Under the pieces are notes generated by a model that worked only from the letters and a program-made list of their open reading frames with translations, was not told the origin of the DNA and searched no databases. A DNA stretch of 64,000 bases. It comes from the human T2T-CHM13v2.0 reference genome, Homo sapiens. Shown here piece by piece: positions 20,682 through 35,559 of the stretch. Numbering within the stretch: the first letter of the stretch is position 1; the number at the start of each line of letters is the position of its first letter. The stretch lies in the NCBI RefSeq assembly GCF_009914755.1, contig NC_060930.1, one strand, 5' to 3'. The translations under genes were made by a program, and so were the position numbers.

Positions 20682-22439
20682 ACTGTGTTTGACTTAAAGT
20701 CTGTTTTATCTGACATAAGTATAGCTACTCCTACTCACTTTTGGTTTCTGTTCGTGTGGAGTAATTTTTTCCATTCCTTTATTTTTAGTCTACATGTGCC
20801 ATTATAGGTAAAGTGTGTTTCTTGCAGGTAATATATAGCTGGATCTTAATTTTTAATCCATTCTGCCAGGCTGTAGCTTCTAAGTGGAAAATTCAATCCT
20901 TCCACATTCAAGATTATTATTAACATGTGAGGTTTTGTTCCTATTATATTGTTATTGTTTTCTGGTTTTATATACTCTTCATTCCTTTCTTTTTCACTTA
21001 TTTTTTCTAATTTTGGTTTGGTGGTTTTCCGTACAGGTACCATTTAATTACTTTCCCTTATTCCTTTGTGTGATTGCTTTATTAGCAGGTTTTACACATT
21101 CATAAGTTTTCATGATGGTAAATGTAGTCATTTTGCTCCCAGGATTAGGACTCCCTTAAGCAATTTCTGGGGAAGACTTTATTTCTCCTTCAGTTACAAA
21201 GAATATTTTTGCTAGATATAGTATCCCTTGGATAGCATTTTTTTCATTCAGTACTTTGAATGTATCATTCTTTCCTGGCTTGTAAGGTTTCTGCTGAGAA
21301 ATTCACTATTAGCCTGATAAGGTTTTCTTTACAACTGACTAGGCACTTTTCTCTTGCCTTTTTCAGAATTCTGTCTTTGACTTTAGATAGTTTGACTATA
21401 ATGTGCCAAGGAGAAGACTTTCTTGCATTGTATATGTTTGCGGATCTTGGAGCCTCCTGTTTCTGGATATCTAAATCATTTGATAGATTTGGGAAGTTTT
21501 CATCTATTATTTAATAACAAAAAAATAGATGAGTTTTCCAATCCTTTTGTTCTCTGTCTTCTGGGACCCAAATGATTCAAATATGTGGTGGCTTTATAGT
21601 ATCCCATATGTCTCGAAGGCTTCAATTATTCTTTTTTATTCTTTTAACATTATTTCTGTCTGATTAGGTTATTTTGAAAGACCTGTCTTCTGTCTTTGAG
21701 TTGTCAGATTCCTTCTTCTGCTTAATCTAGACTATTGTTGAATCTAACATTTTTTATTTCATTCAATGAATTCTTCAGTTTCAGGATTTCTGTATGGTTC
21801 TTTTTTATGATAACTATCTCTTTGGCAAATTTTTCATTCATATCCTGCACTGTTTTTCTGATTTCTATGTATTATTTTTCATAATTCCCTGGTATCTCAC
21901 TGAGCTTCTTCACAATCAAGAATGTGAATTATTTGTTCAGGATTTCGTGAATTTCTTTTTGATCGGAATCATTGCTGAAGAATTATTGTGTTCCCCTGGA
22001 GATGTCATATTTCCTTGCTTTTTGATGTTTCCTGCATCCTTATGTTGCTACTTGGGCATCTGGTGTCAGTCACTGCCTTCAATTTTTTGAATTTACTTTA
22101 ACAGGGGAGGGCATTGTTTTGAACATGTATCTATGGTGTTGGTTGGGTAGGGCACTTTAGCTATGATTCTAGATGTATGCAGTAGTGTAGTCTCTGTAAG
22201 ATTTCTTCAGCTGTACACAGCACCAGTTATCTGTGATTTCCTCAGTAGCTTATGGTGCAGTTATTAGTGGAGGCTGTGGTAACGTTTTGCTAGGGCCTGG
22301 GGTGGCAGGTAAGTCAGTCTTCAGGCCCCATGATAGCAGCAGTGGGTTGAGCATGCATTTCCTTGGGCCCCAAGGCAGTGTACACTGGCACTGGTGTTAC
22401 AGGTCCAAGCAGGCCAATTCTTGGAAAGTATAAAAATGC

Positions 22440-22760
22440 GAAGATTAATTCTGGTGTCATCAGAGCTGAATTACAATACCATTCCTGTCACTTCCTGGGT
22501 ATTTCATCTCAGGTAAGTTATTAGGTTGAACAACCTAATACTGCTGATATTCAACTACTGTATTTGGGTGCTACAAGATCGCAATTTCATATGGCCCAAC
22601 TGAATAATTATAGTAGCCTCAATTTTCTGTAAAACTGAGAAAATATCCCCCAACTTAACAAGGCCATTGTATGGGCTCATACAATAGTCTCACAAAAACT
22701 CTTTAAATATTTTTATCAAAGGTTTGTTTTAAAATGTGTTAGTAAACGTAAAATGTCAGA
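22440..22760. mobile_element. MIR split by MADE2
   Basis: gtcacttcctgggt...caggtaagtta | MADE2 | ...gcctcaattttctgtaaaactgagaaaata. Confidence 0.55.
22519..22606. mobile_element. MADE2 (Hsmar2-derived mariner MITE)
   Basis: tattaggttgaac...tgctgatattcaac...ctacaa...gcaatttcatatggcccaactgaata matches the ~80-bp MADE2, with TA ends. Confidence 0.8.
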
Positions 22761-23799
22761 TTCTTAGTGAGAAACCCATGTTCTATATTTTAAACTTTTG
22801 AAAGATGAAAAAGATATGGTAAAATCAGCACTTCTGTGGTGGAAAAAAAAACAAAACAAAACAATCAGGACAGAAAAATATGCCCTAGGAACTCCGGATG
22901 GTTTTCTCTGGCTACACACAAAGAGTCTGCACACTGCTAATGGCTCAGTCCCAGAGGGCTGCTCTATGCCCTCTCTGTGCAGCTCAGTAGGATGGCTCGG
23001 CCTTCTTTCCCTGAACACCCAACAGCCTTATGAAGGACCACACAAAGTCTTTCATCAGGACTTCCCCTCCGGATTCCTCCAGACAACCTTCTGCTTGTCT
23101 GTCCACATCCCTCTGCTCTGGAATGTCCTTGTCCTAGAGCCCTTCCATCACCTCATCATTTGAACTTACATTACCCAGTTCTGCAGCTTGCTCCCCTGAC
23201 CTAGGCTGACTTTGAGGGGGAAAAAAAAAGCCAATGTTTGCATTTTAGCAATAAGATTAACCACAACCCTGAAAGTCACAGGCCACAAGCCACACTCTAT
23301 GCTACCACAGTGTACCGATTTGCTTTTGTAGGCCTCCTTACAGTATGGGTTTGATCTGGAGCCCTTCTCTCTGTTTTAGAGAATATTCACAATGAAAAAT
23401 TCAGCGTAGGTGAATGACCCATCATTTCTGTTCTAATGAGGTCTTTGGAATTCCAGAATAGATATGTTTATTGCTGAGATCTCCCCTCTCCCTCTCTCAA
23501 GCAAAAAGATATCAACGAAGGTGGCCTCTCAATTACCACCCACTTCAAAACTGTCTGACTTCCAGGAGCGTGTAAGCAAGCAGAATGTGGTGTAACAAAC
23601 CCAATGCCCAGCTCAATCTCACCACTGCCAAAAAGTTCAGGCGATTTAGCCACAATAGGAAATACCCTCATTGTTCTTACATGATGGAACACTATTTCTA
23701 CGTTCATCCCAGCTATACAAACAATTATATGCATAGTAATAACATTCAAGATGAAGAAAGTAATGAGATAAAAGACACATGATACGTGTTCCCTACTTT

Positions 23800-23836
23800 A
23801 CACACACGTGTGCGCACACACACACAAACACACACT
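23800..23836. repeat. degenerate (CA)n
   Basis: acacacacgtgtgcgcacacacacacaaacacacac. Confidence 0.7.
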
Positions 23837-24265
23837 CAAACAAAATCCATGGACTTTTCAAGAACCCATCAGCTGATGACATTTACCACAGGGCTCACTG
23901 GTCATTCCCTCGATGCACTTCAAGTATTTTCTTTTAGTAATCAGGAAAGTAAGGCAGCACAAAGAATGAGGTACTGCGACAGGGAGACAGTCAACAGAAG
24001 GAGACAAAAAGAGAAGAGTGTCACTGCTGCTGGCCAGGCCAGCGGCCCAGGGCCCCACATATCCCACAGCAGTCTATCTGGCAGGTCCCCTCATAAAATT
24101 GCAGGCATGGGCTCCTATCATGTCCCCTCCATGTTACAATGAGGATTACAGCTCAACATTGCTAAAAACTCAAAGTGCATTTCTTTGATCAAAAATAACA
24201 AAATTAAATCCTAAATCTCACTTATAAATCCTAACACTGAAAGAGCTGTCTGAGAGCATCTAAAA

Positions 24266-24470
24266 CAGTGTTTTTCAAACTGAAAGTAATGGTTATGGGT
24301 CACAAAATCAATTTAGTTAATGACACTTTTAAAAAATAAAGAAATATTGCACACTGTAAGAACATATACTGGTTTGTAAAATTTCTGTTTTCAACATGTG
24401 TCTGTGCTATAATGTTTTATAAAACATATTTCTTACTGTGGGTTGCACTCATTTAAACAAAAGCCTTCAA
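24266..24470. mobile_element. hAT-Charlie family DNA transposon relic
   Basis: Starts with the TIR cagtgtttttcaaactg, followed by gggtcacaaaatcaatttagt...tatttcttactgtgggttgc. Confidence 0.6.
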
Positions 24471-26133
24471 AATATTTATCTAATTCAATATCCTCACTGG
24501 ATGACAAAACCGAACCCCAAAGTGGGTAAAGGTGGTTAAAGTAAGTTACACACCTTGGTACTGACAAGGATTCAAACCTATTCATTCTTCATCACAAGAT
24601 GTCTTTTTAAGAAAAACCACAATCCCATTTCTACAATTCTTAAAAGTCCCACTAAACATCATCATTTATAAAACACAGAAGCAGGTATCTGCAAATTTTT
24701 CAGAGAATTGAGTATAAACAACTTAAACAATTTCTCCAAGTCACTTGGCAAATGTAGGTTCTCAGGGTAAAATCAGACAGTGGGATTAGAAACACGGCAC
24801 TGTGGCTTTTAATCAATACAAGATTAGATACCTTTAACACTTTAGCACGATGTCGAGCACTTAGTAAACGCTAGTATCTTCCTTAATCATACTTCCTGCA
24901 CTTTCACATCCATACAGCTTGAGCCTGGATGGAGCCCAGACCATCCAACAACAGCAAATCTTCCATCTAATCCAGCTACCCAACCATAGTATTACCATTA
25001 TTAAGTAATCTGCAACTCGTCAAGTATCTAAGGCAGCCCCAAGAAAACACAAAAACCATAAATACATCCTGACTTACTCTAATGGGTTGTAAAATTAAAT
25101 GAAGTGGACAGAAAAACAAGATTCAAAACAACCACTTAAGAAGGAAAAATCAAATCATTCAAATGAAAATGCCACACTGAATACAGAATACAGACACCTC
25201 TTCTGATATTTTGGTTAATTCTAACTACTTTGAAAGATTGACCCAAACATCTTCTAGATAATCAAGAGTTGAAGGTTATGCCTATACCCTCAGAAAGCTA
25301 ATTTTGCCTTCATTTTACAATCAAGTCTCTGATTTCTCACAAACCTTCATGCAATTTGAGTCTTAATATAACTACAGCTTATTGGGTAAGTCCATCATCA
25401 ACTAATCTGCAAATTATGGTATATTTATCATTTGCTATTGATATCCTATATCCTGACAGATATACTCAAGTGGAGGTTTATTTCTAACAAAATATTCCAG
25501 TTAATTGGGGGGTATTACAATGGCCCACATTAACAGAAATTATTCAACTTGAATAAGAAGAAACAGCTAAAGCTAAAATATATAATATTTAAGTTATAAT
25601 AAATCATAAATCAGTCAAATTATATGTCTCAAGGACAGTTCTGGGCAGAGAAAACCAAATTAACAAATACTTAATCAAATGCCCTCTATATGCAAAATAC
25701 CGTGCTACACTTTATATTTTAGGTAAATGCAAGTAACTTACTTTCCTGGCTAAAGTCTTGGGTCAGATTATAAAAATTACAATTGATTACATAAAACTTA
25801 ATTAACCTTTTCCTTCCTCCTCATAGATACTCTTCATATCAATTTATGTATTTCCAAGTACTATACCTATAATGTAGAGGCATCTGCGTTTGAGAGGTTT
25901 GAGGGAGAAAAGAGATTTTAAAAATCATATAAACTTTAAAAACAAATGAACAAGTGGCCACCCCATAAACATACCCTTTTTCATCAAGTGGTTGGACTCA
26001 CATTTGACAAGCTGCTTATTTGTTCAAGTAGCAGATGATGATCAAACTTTCCAATCTCTAAAATAGCTCCCAGATTCTAGATTACTCAATTACCCTTCAT
26101 TTCACAGCAAGCAGCTCTAATAAAATAATCTAA

Positions 26134-26442
<309 letters not shown>

Positions 26443-27175
26443 TAAATAAAACTCTTTAATTCAACTTCTCAAAAGTAAAAGAGTGGGTTTACATATAATT
26501 TGAGCAAACCAGAGAGGACTATCCCCTTCATCAGAAACTTTCTGACACTATTAAAGTGAAAGAACCAGTCTTGCAATTAGTTACATAAAACCACAACCAA
26601 ATTCAGAAGTCAGTACCAAATTTAGCAACCCTATCATTTTTCAAGGTTGTACCAGTTTTTACTAGACAAAGCAAATGAAGCCTAGGAAAATACCTGAACA
26701 TGTTCACATTTAGAAAAGTCTACTCTTCTACAGTCCTATTTAACCAATGTCATGAGATCCTTAAGTTTATGAAAGTATTTTCTCTTCCATGAAAGAAGCA
26801 AAAAAAAAAATTATTTTTCTTAGCTTAGAAATCTTTAAGGCAAACCCAGGTCCACTCTCGTGACCTTATCTTTTTTATTCCTTTCTTTCTCCCTAGGTAT
26901 CTGTAACATGGTTATTTTCATTATTTTCTCACTTATTTTTTTCTTGTGAATCACCTGTGGCTTTTTAGTATAGCAAATATGTTAGGCTAAATAAAAAAAT
27001 CGGGTTTCTTTTCTCACTAAGTAAATAACTCTGATTATAATATTTCATCTTGAATTAACATTATTCTTAATTGTCTGTGCACCTTACCTTACACATTTAG
27101 CAGTCATATGCACTTCCTTCCAGTTTCTCTGACTTTTTTGCACATCAGTCTCCTCGGAAGAGAAAAATCTAACTA

Positions 27176-27462
27176 TTTTTTTTTAAACAGGGTCTCACTC
27201 TGTCATCCAGGCTGGAGTGCAGTGTCACTATCTCAGCTCACTGTAGCCTCAACATTTTGGGCTCAAGTGATCCTCTCACTTCAGCCTCCAAGTAACTGGG
27301 ACTACAGGCGCTCACCACCACACCGGCTAATTTTTGTATTTTTTGTAGAAACAGGGTCTCACTATGTTTCCCAGGCTGGTCTCAAACTCCTGAGCTTAAG
27401 CAATCCACCTGCCTCGGCTTCCCAAAGTGCTGGATTACAGGCGTGAGTCACCACACCTGGCC
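27176..27462 (-). mobile_element. AluJ
   Basis: acagggtctcactctg...gggctcaagtgatcctc; diverged dimer. Confidence 0.9.
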
Positions 27463-27479
27463 AACCATGAAATGTAGAC

Positions 27480-27690
27480 ATTACTAAAGTCAGGCATACC
27501 TGAACTCTCTAGTCATTCATTAATCCAGGCTCTCCTGTCATTCATTAATTCTGTGGCCTTAAGATATAAAAATTCTCTGAGCTTATTTTCTGAATAAAAT
27601 GAGGGATACAATACAGATTACATCAAATTATTAAATAAACTAAAGTGTGGACACAACTCTTCACAGAGAGTGTGGCACAGGTGAGGAAAC
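27480..27690. mobile_element. MIR fragment
   Basis: ctgtggccttaag...ctctgagcttattttc...taaaatgagggatacaat...gtggcacagg. Confidence 0.55.
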
Positions 27691-30600
27691 AATGGTCATG
27701 CTGGGGTTGCTCTCACTCACTGGTTTTGATTGTTTGCTCCACATGAAAACACACTGTCTCAAAAACACACCTGATTTTCTTCCAGACATGACATGTAGAA
27801 CACCCCCACTAGCCATGACTCTAAATCAATCTCTGTGGTACCATTCACCCAGCAATTGTGCCTCCTGAGGCAGTAACTATCTATGTGCACTGACCTAGAG
27901 GCTGGCAGTTTCAATGAAACCCTGCCTCCCCTTTCTTCTTTTCATCCCTCTACTAGAAGCAACACTTTTGTGCTAACACACAAGTCAAAGACATTGATCT
28001 TACACAATAGAAAATTGTGGCTCACACACCTAGAATTCCCATCATTCTAATACGATACAGAGAGCTACTCTGTTAAAATCCAGACCTTTCAAGGCACACT
28101 GGCCAGGCAGCATCTCCACTTAAATCAGAAGGGAACAGCCAACCATGAGTAACCAGCATGCTGCTGCTCCTCCCCAAAGCTGCCGTTCTGCAGCTGACTC
28201 GGGGACTTCGAAACAACTTCAGTAGTGACAAAGGCTGCTCCCAGCTTTTACATACTTTTCAATTCATATAATAGACATTTCACAGAAAGTTGCTGATAGA
28301 TTTTCTTCTGCCTGTGCACATCAGTTAAATGTGTTTTATTTCCCTTCTGGGCTACGTGCTGGCAGAGAATAACACAATGAAGAGGTGATAGTATGCCTTT
28401 CCAGGCCCTTTATGGCCAAGATTATGAAAGAAGGGCTTTGACGAAGAATGTTCAGGCCGACTATAATAGTTTTCCTTTTAGTGTATTATTGTTGCCATGT
28501 GTTTGCTGCTGTCTGGAGCAATAAAAAAGCTCTGAAATATTTGTCTGTGTCCTCCATAGACCCAAGAGTTTCCATAAGAGAAATCACTTGGAAAATCACA
28601 ATATTGCTCCAAATAAAATATTAACATAAAAAACTTGTTGAAATGTTGAGCTAAAATACTAAAGAATTATGACCACAGCTGTAATTTATGAGGATATGAG
28701 TGCCTTCACCTCCTAAGGGCCTTTCCACTCCCACCACAGGCACATGTTTGGTATTGTTCTCACACAACATAGATGCCACCAACCAGAACGAATTGCTTTG
28801 GGGATCCTCAGAAGTTCTGACAGGATAGATTAGATGGACAAGGAAAGCTGTCATGATTCATTTCTTGATTAGATGGACACTTAGTAAACCAATAGTCAGT
28901 TCTTACAATTTTATTTGAAGAAATGATGATTACTTCTTTTGTATATGAAAATACTTTTTCTTTCTTCCTGTCATCCTAAATGTAGATTTATTTACTTAAG
29001 TTGAAAAATTTGGCCTCAAAATGTAACAAATTAATTAGTGATAATAATCTATCAGAAAGGAAGTGAGCCCAACATCAGTAACATCAATAATCTTTGAGTA
29101 TTCATGAATTCTCTCTGAACTCAATCTTAACAGAAATATTCTCATTAAGAAAATCTCTAACAGAAGAGACAATTTGCACTCAGGCCCACAATTTCATCTT
29201 CACTATTCAAATTTAAGGACAGATTTCTGTGTTTATTCTCAGTACCCAGAAAAAGTAGGCACTCAATGACTGCTGTGGTAAGTAAACTTCATGTTTTAGC
29301 ACTTAGCCACACGCAATTTTAGTATTGCTTGAATGTTGTTCACTTGCTTATGAACCTGAAAAATAAGTCTTGGACGTTTAGTTATCCCAAGACCTAACAC
29401 AGTGTGCCTATTTGCTCTCAAATATTATCAACATCAAAGAAGTTTTTAGTTTGCCAGAATGTTAGATTGAGTGAAGTCCCTATAATCAAGGTAGATTATC
29501 TGCATTGCCCAAGTTTTGTGTCCTCAGATTTTTATAGACATTATTGCGCATCTTCTGTTGACATTTTGTTTATGCCAAGTAGGATCTTTGTTTTTCCTAA
29601 CCTAAAAGGGCTGAAAGAGAAGCTTTTGACTTAACAATTAATTCAGCATTTACTTATTTTATTTGTCTACAAAGTAATATGCTCATATGCTGGAGTGGAG
29701 GAAAGAAAGGTGGCTAGAAAGGTTAAAATGAGATGTAGAAAGTAAAAAAAAAAAATGCTGTGATATAGAGTACAGATTTTACAAACAAGAATGTTATGGA
29801 AGAAAACAGTCAGTGTTTTGCTGAGATTACAAAGCTTAATTAGTGATAGCGGAGATCAGAAAAAAAATGCAATCAAGAGCAGAGTGTGGGGGATATGGGA
29901 GGTATTCAGCTAATGCTTCCAGAAATGATCTAAGTGATTCGTTTGCAAAAAGAAAGGCTAGCTAGACATTAACTTGTCTGTAAAATGGTAATAATAGGAA
30001 TCTGCTTTGCCTGTATCATAGGATTGGTATAAAGACAAAAAGAGATAATACGTGGAAAGACCTGCAAACTATAATGAACCACCAGTGAATGCAGGTTCCT
30101 CCTATCAACCTCATCTTGCCTGATAACTCACACATTCTTCCAGTCTCGAAATTCCTTAAGTCTTTGGGTTGTACAAAATAAATAGTTTCCTGATCTCTCT
30201 TTTTTATTGAGATAGAAATTTTCTATGCATACTTTACTTAAAATGAATGACATTGTTACTGGCTCTGTAAATTAGAGAACACTGGTTCTTTCTGATCACA
30301 ATCTTGATCCTAGAGATGAAATACTCCACCTGGCAAGAGAGGAAAATCCAGGCCTCATGTCATGCCCTAAGCATGGTTTATGTTGGCACCACTCTTTCCC
30401 TATATCCCACCACCAAGAGAGCTGAAGCTCAGATAAGATGCATAACTCAATGGGTATTGGGGATACACTGAGAAACTGAGAGCACAAAGGACAATCCACA
30501 GTGTGACAACAAGCATGTCAGAGCTGGTCCTTGTCCCTTTATCCTTGATAGAGGCAACATGTGCCAAGGGAGGCAGGTGACTGAACAGTTTTATCTGTTC

Positions 30601-31109
30601 TCTCTTTAGTCATTAATTCATCCAGTGAACATTTATTGGGCAGCTATTATGTGTAAATCACTACACGAAAAGCCAATGGTAATACTAAAACAAAACAAAA
30701 AAAACTAATTTCTCAAACAGCGTATAGATTCATTTAAAATACTGTTATCCAGTATGGAAATGAATGTCATGAATAAATGGTGCTCAATCATTCCCCCAGC
30801 TTCCAATACTTTTTAGTTCTTTTATCTGGGGCCAGATTACAAGGAAATCAAAAGTCATGCTCAGGAATTTTCACAGAGAAACTACTGAAGGATTGTGAGA
30901 AGAGACTTAATTAGCCTGAACCTGATTTACTATTGAATTTAGGAAGAAAAAATAAAATTAAAGTCAACTAAAAGGTTCTAACAATAGACTATTTGTGAGA
31001 TGACAAGGAAGGACTTAACCAGAGCAACAGAACCGAGAACAAAATAAAATAAATGCTTCAAGAGGCCACAAAGTAGAGGATGATTTTCAATGCAAATAAA
31101 ACAGCTACA

Positions 31110-31215
31110 AAAGTTGAAGAAGGGAGAATAGATAATAAGAAAGAAAAGAGAAGCAGAAGGAAAAAGAGAAGCAGCACCCAAAGTAAAAGAGAAAAGGAGA
31201 TGTAAGAGGAGAGGT
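31110..31215. repeat. purine-rich low-complexity tract
   Basis: aagaaaagagaagcagaaggaaaaagagaagcagc... (includes a short duplication). Confidence 0.65.
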
Positions 31216-31224
31216 CTCATCAGA

Positions 31225-31865
31225 CTTTTTCCTTGAGTGCCTGGTTATTTTTTACTATGTGTTGTTCACTGCTTTTGAAAACTTATTCTTGGGTCTTATT
31301 TGTGGTAACTTCCTCCAGAGAGAAATTCTGTTGGCTTGTGTCAGGAACCTAGGACTTACACAAGTTCCCAAACTCCTAAAACTAAATCCTGAGTTTAAAA
31401 TGTTCTGGACTACCCAAGCAGTACGTCTTTGGATTACAGTATGCTTGAGGGTCTACTTGTGGTTACACCTTCTTAGGAATCCCCCTCCACTCCTGCTCTG
31501 CGTAGCACAAAAGTACTTTTCCTGTGGAACACGCTGGGGCCATGTGGAGAGAGGGTTTAGGCATAATTCACCATAAATCTAAGAATGTGACCCTTTGATT
31601 TCTGTGCCTTTGATCACATAGGACTGTCAAAATGAAGTTCCAGTTTGCCAAATGGGCAAATGTCCTCAAGATCAAAACAGCCTAAATTTGTAGCTTACCT
31701 CCTCTACTTTCCCACAAGTATCAGCCTGATAATGGCTTACCATGTAGTTAGTTCTTCAATTATTTTAAGGAGATTTTAAAGAATTTTATATTCTGCATTT
31801 TAGTTGTTTTCAATAGAAGATTTGATCCAAATAATCTAGCCTACCAAATTCCTGGATGTGAAACA
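31225..31865 (-). mobile_element. ancient L1 (L1M/HAL1-type) 5'-end fragment
   Basis: ttttagttgttttcaatagaagatttgatccaaataatctagcctacca...ggatgtgaa resembles ancient L1M 5' termini. Confidence 0.4.
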
Positions 31866-33274
31866 AAACAATAAATTCAAATCTCTACACAAAAAGTGTT
31901 GTGGTCAGCCATGGAAATACCTGGTCCCAAATCCGATGGTAAAGAGTAGGAAACATGTATAAGAAATTCCTATACTTCGGAAAGAAATCAGTATCTGAAA
32001 AACTGAGGTTAACAAGTTTATCTGACGATAGTTATAAACACATTTATACACCACTAAAAACTGTTATTAGGCCATCAACCAACAGTACATAGAAAATACT
32101 CACAATGATGTATATTCTAAGTATCAACAAATCTCTTACATTTTCAAAGCAAAATTCAACCTGAATAAACAGAAATAGATTTTTTAAACTCTTAAGCTTA
32201 TAAAACGACCTGTTTAAAATTGCTTTCTAGGATTCCAATCATAAGCTAGAACAACAACGACAAATCCTTGTTTCTCAATCTTAATTACAGTGGAATAAAA
32301 ACCAAAAGTTTTTGGAATGGTGCTATGTTTTATACTGATACTCTTACTGTGTCTATAGTGGCATTAAATAATTTGAACGACTCTTCTGCAACTGAAGTGG
32401 AATATATGCTTTAGAGTATTGAAGAAGGATTTAGCTGAAGTTTCGAGTCTCATCACTTATTAGTTCAAACTATCAGCATAACAGAACTAAAAAGAAAAAT
32501 GACACTATATTCATTATGTGATTTAAGCATAAAACACTGCCATGATAAATATTTGGAAATTCCAAGCTTTTATAAAAGCACACTTTATGTACTGTATCAG
32601 CATTCATCCCTTTAGGGTGTACACTGTGGACTGCCTCGTGGGGGGAGTTTATCTCATTTCATTTTCATTCTACATTCCACTTTTGAGTTGCCAACTAAAT
32701 TGCTTCTTGGTTTATAGTATGGAAGACTTCATAATGTTTAGTTGGAATTGCTTACTTTTAAAGTACGCTGATAGAAAACCCAGTGTGGTTTGAAATATCC
32801 TCACCAGATGTTTGGATAGATGTGAAACCAACACATATCAAAAGGAGATCCAAACTACCATTAGCTGTATAATACATAGGCTCATACATTTAACAACTTC
32901 AATGGATCAAAACACATTAAAACTCTTCAGGGGAAATGAACTTAGTTCTTCCATTTTCCATTACTAGGAACTCAAATTCTATCCATCCTCTTTGGACTAT
33001 CAGGATCTCAATAAATGTTAAGTGATAATGAGCTACAAGGACAGTGTAAGTAATTTAATGTGACTGGACAATGGAACAGTTTGATACGGTCACCAATACA
33101 GACTCATACTTTTAGTCTGAAAAACATAAGTTTAGTCACTAGAACAAAGAAAATGACAGTCTTATTTCTTTCCAAACCAGTCAGGCCACACCTAGTATAA
33201 GATGCTTAATTCTGAGCATTATACCTTAAGAAGGATAAAGACAAGTGGGATGTGCTTGGCAGATAAGAATCAGG

Positions 33275-33550
33275 AGGCTGGCACAACAGCTCACGCCTAT
33301 AAGGGAGGGCAAGGTGGGAGGATAACTGGAGCCCAAGGAATTCACAACCAGCCTGGACATCTCTGCAAAGAAAAAAATTTTTTTTTTAATTAGCCAGGTA
33401 TAGTGATGCACAGCTGTGGTCCCAGCTACTCGGGAGACTGAGGTGGGAGGATCCTTTGAGCCTGAGAAGCTGAGTGAGCTGTTATGGCACCACTGCACTC
33501 CAACCTGGGCGACAGAGCAAGACCCTATCTCAGAAAAAGGAAAAAAAAAA
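33275..33550 (+). mobile_element. AluJ (Jo-like), diverged
   Basis: gctcacgcctat...gaggtgggaggatcctttgagcctgag...agcaagaccctatctc plus A tail. Confidence 0.88.
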
Positions 33551-35559
33551 TCAGGAGAGTTACAGACCATGAATCTACATAACAAAAAGAGCAACTACAA
33601 GGATAGGGCTATATGACCTGGTTTGGGCCAGGACTCAGGGAAGAGTGGATTCATGGGAACAACCCTTTCTAAATATTAAAAATAGAAATATACAAAAACA
33701 ATGAATTTTACATGGATTCCCAAGGAAAGAAATTAGAAATAATATGTGTAAAATAAGCTATGGAGAGAGACTTTCAACTAGAGTTGTTTGTGGATGGAAT
33801 GAACTGCTACGACCGGTTAGTAGTAGTGAACTAAACTACTCCTTCAGGGTATACTTGTTAATCCACACTAAGTATCCATGCACCATCACACAATCTTGCC
33901 TAAGCTGTGCTGTTCCCTGAACCAGTCCCCTTCTGTGACTACCTGGCAAAATATAACTTCAATCATTCTACTCACACATTGCCCTTTCTACAATTTTCCC
34001 TGACATCACTCTTTCCCCTAAACCTTCCCATCCTTAGAATTAATCATCACCTCATCCCAGCTTATGCAGCACTTTTTGTGTTTTCTATTACAGTATATAC
34101 CTACACTAAAGTATAACAAAACATATAGACTATTGTAATTATATTCTTGGTAAATGTGTTGTGTCTGGCATAATTTTAGCGCATTTATTGTACGTAACAG
34201 ATTTGTTTGGAAATGTAGATAATATACAAATAATAGATGCAGAGTCAACCTAGATGACTTTAAGACACTGAGATTCTATGGTACTAGAAAATGTAGAGAC
34301 ACGTTTAAGGACTTTTAGCAGTGAACACAGAAGATTCTCTAACACCGACATGCCTAAAAAAGTGCTACACATGTACCCTTAAACAGAACTAGAAAGACTC
34401 AGAATCCAGTACATTTCTTCCAACAGTAAAAACAAAAAATTCATGCAAAAACTCCATAGGTATAAGTTGGACATTTTAGATATCCAAAAAACAACCTTTA
34501 ATTGAATAGCAATATAAATGATATTCTAAATAAAACAGAATGATAGATACAGAAAGATAATAGGAGGTTGTCAAGAAATATGAAGGAGTATGTGTATTCA
34601 GCCAGTAGTTACCAGATTACAAATCCATAAAACAAAAATTATTCATTATCCTCTTTTTCTGGGCTCTATTTTGAACTTACTCATTGACATATGCCAAAAC
34701 TATAAAAGTAAGACAAAGCAGGAAACCTATAGTCTCACCACCAAGTCAAATATTTCCATTGTGACCAGTCTTTCCACGTCCAACTACACGGACTGTGAAT
34801 TAAGTCCAAACATATTTACCTTAAGCCATTCTTATTGAGTTTTGAGAAATCTCTACTTTTAAAGAAAAACAGGTCTACAAGACCATGAAACATTATTTCT
34901 CATATTTAAAAGAAGCAGCGAAAACACTTGAAAAAACACAAATAAGTACAAATAAGCCAAAAACCTTTGTTTTTTGCATTATGCATTCTGTTTCTCGTAA
35001 AAGATGAATGATGAGAAAACAAAAATATAAATTTGACTTTAAAAGAAACATTCAGGGTGTTTCAAATGATCAGCAAAGATTCAACTTAATCCCCTAAAAA
35101 ACTAGTAATAGTTGTTAATGACTGCAATAGTACCAATTATAGATAACCAGGGAGAGGATCCAAACAAATGAGAAAAATGCATAAGATAGCATTTTAATTA
35201 TAATGCTCAATATAAATATGAGGTTAAAAATCATTATTCTGCATTATTCTTCAAGGTGAAAGACTCATACAATTACACAGCCAATGAAATGTTGCTTATT
35301 GCAAAAAGAAGATGATCTTATAAAAATTAAATTCTAAAAAAGATACAAATTAAATGCATATCATGACTGTGTGTATGTCAGAAATATCTGATAACAGACT
35401 AGAAAGAAAAGCAGCAAAAAAAAAAAGAAAAAAACATAGGTCTGGTGTTAAGATTTTAGGTAACTTTTTTTGGTTTTCCAAATTTGTGCTAATATTATGT
35501 CACTTTTGTATTATTAAAATTTCATTTGAAATTTGTTAGGAAGACCTGGAAAACAGTGC

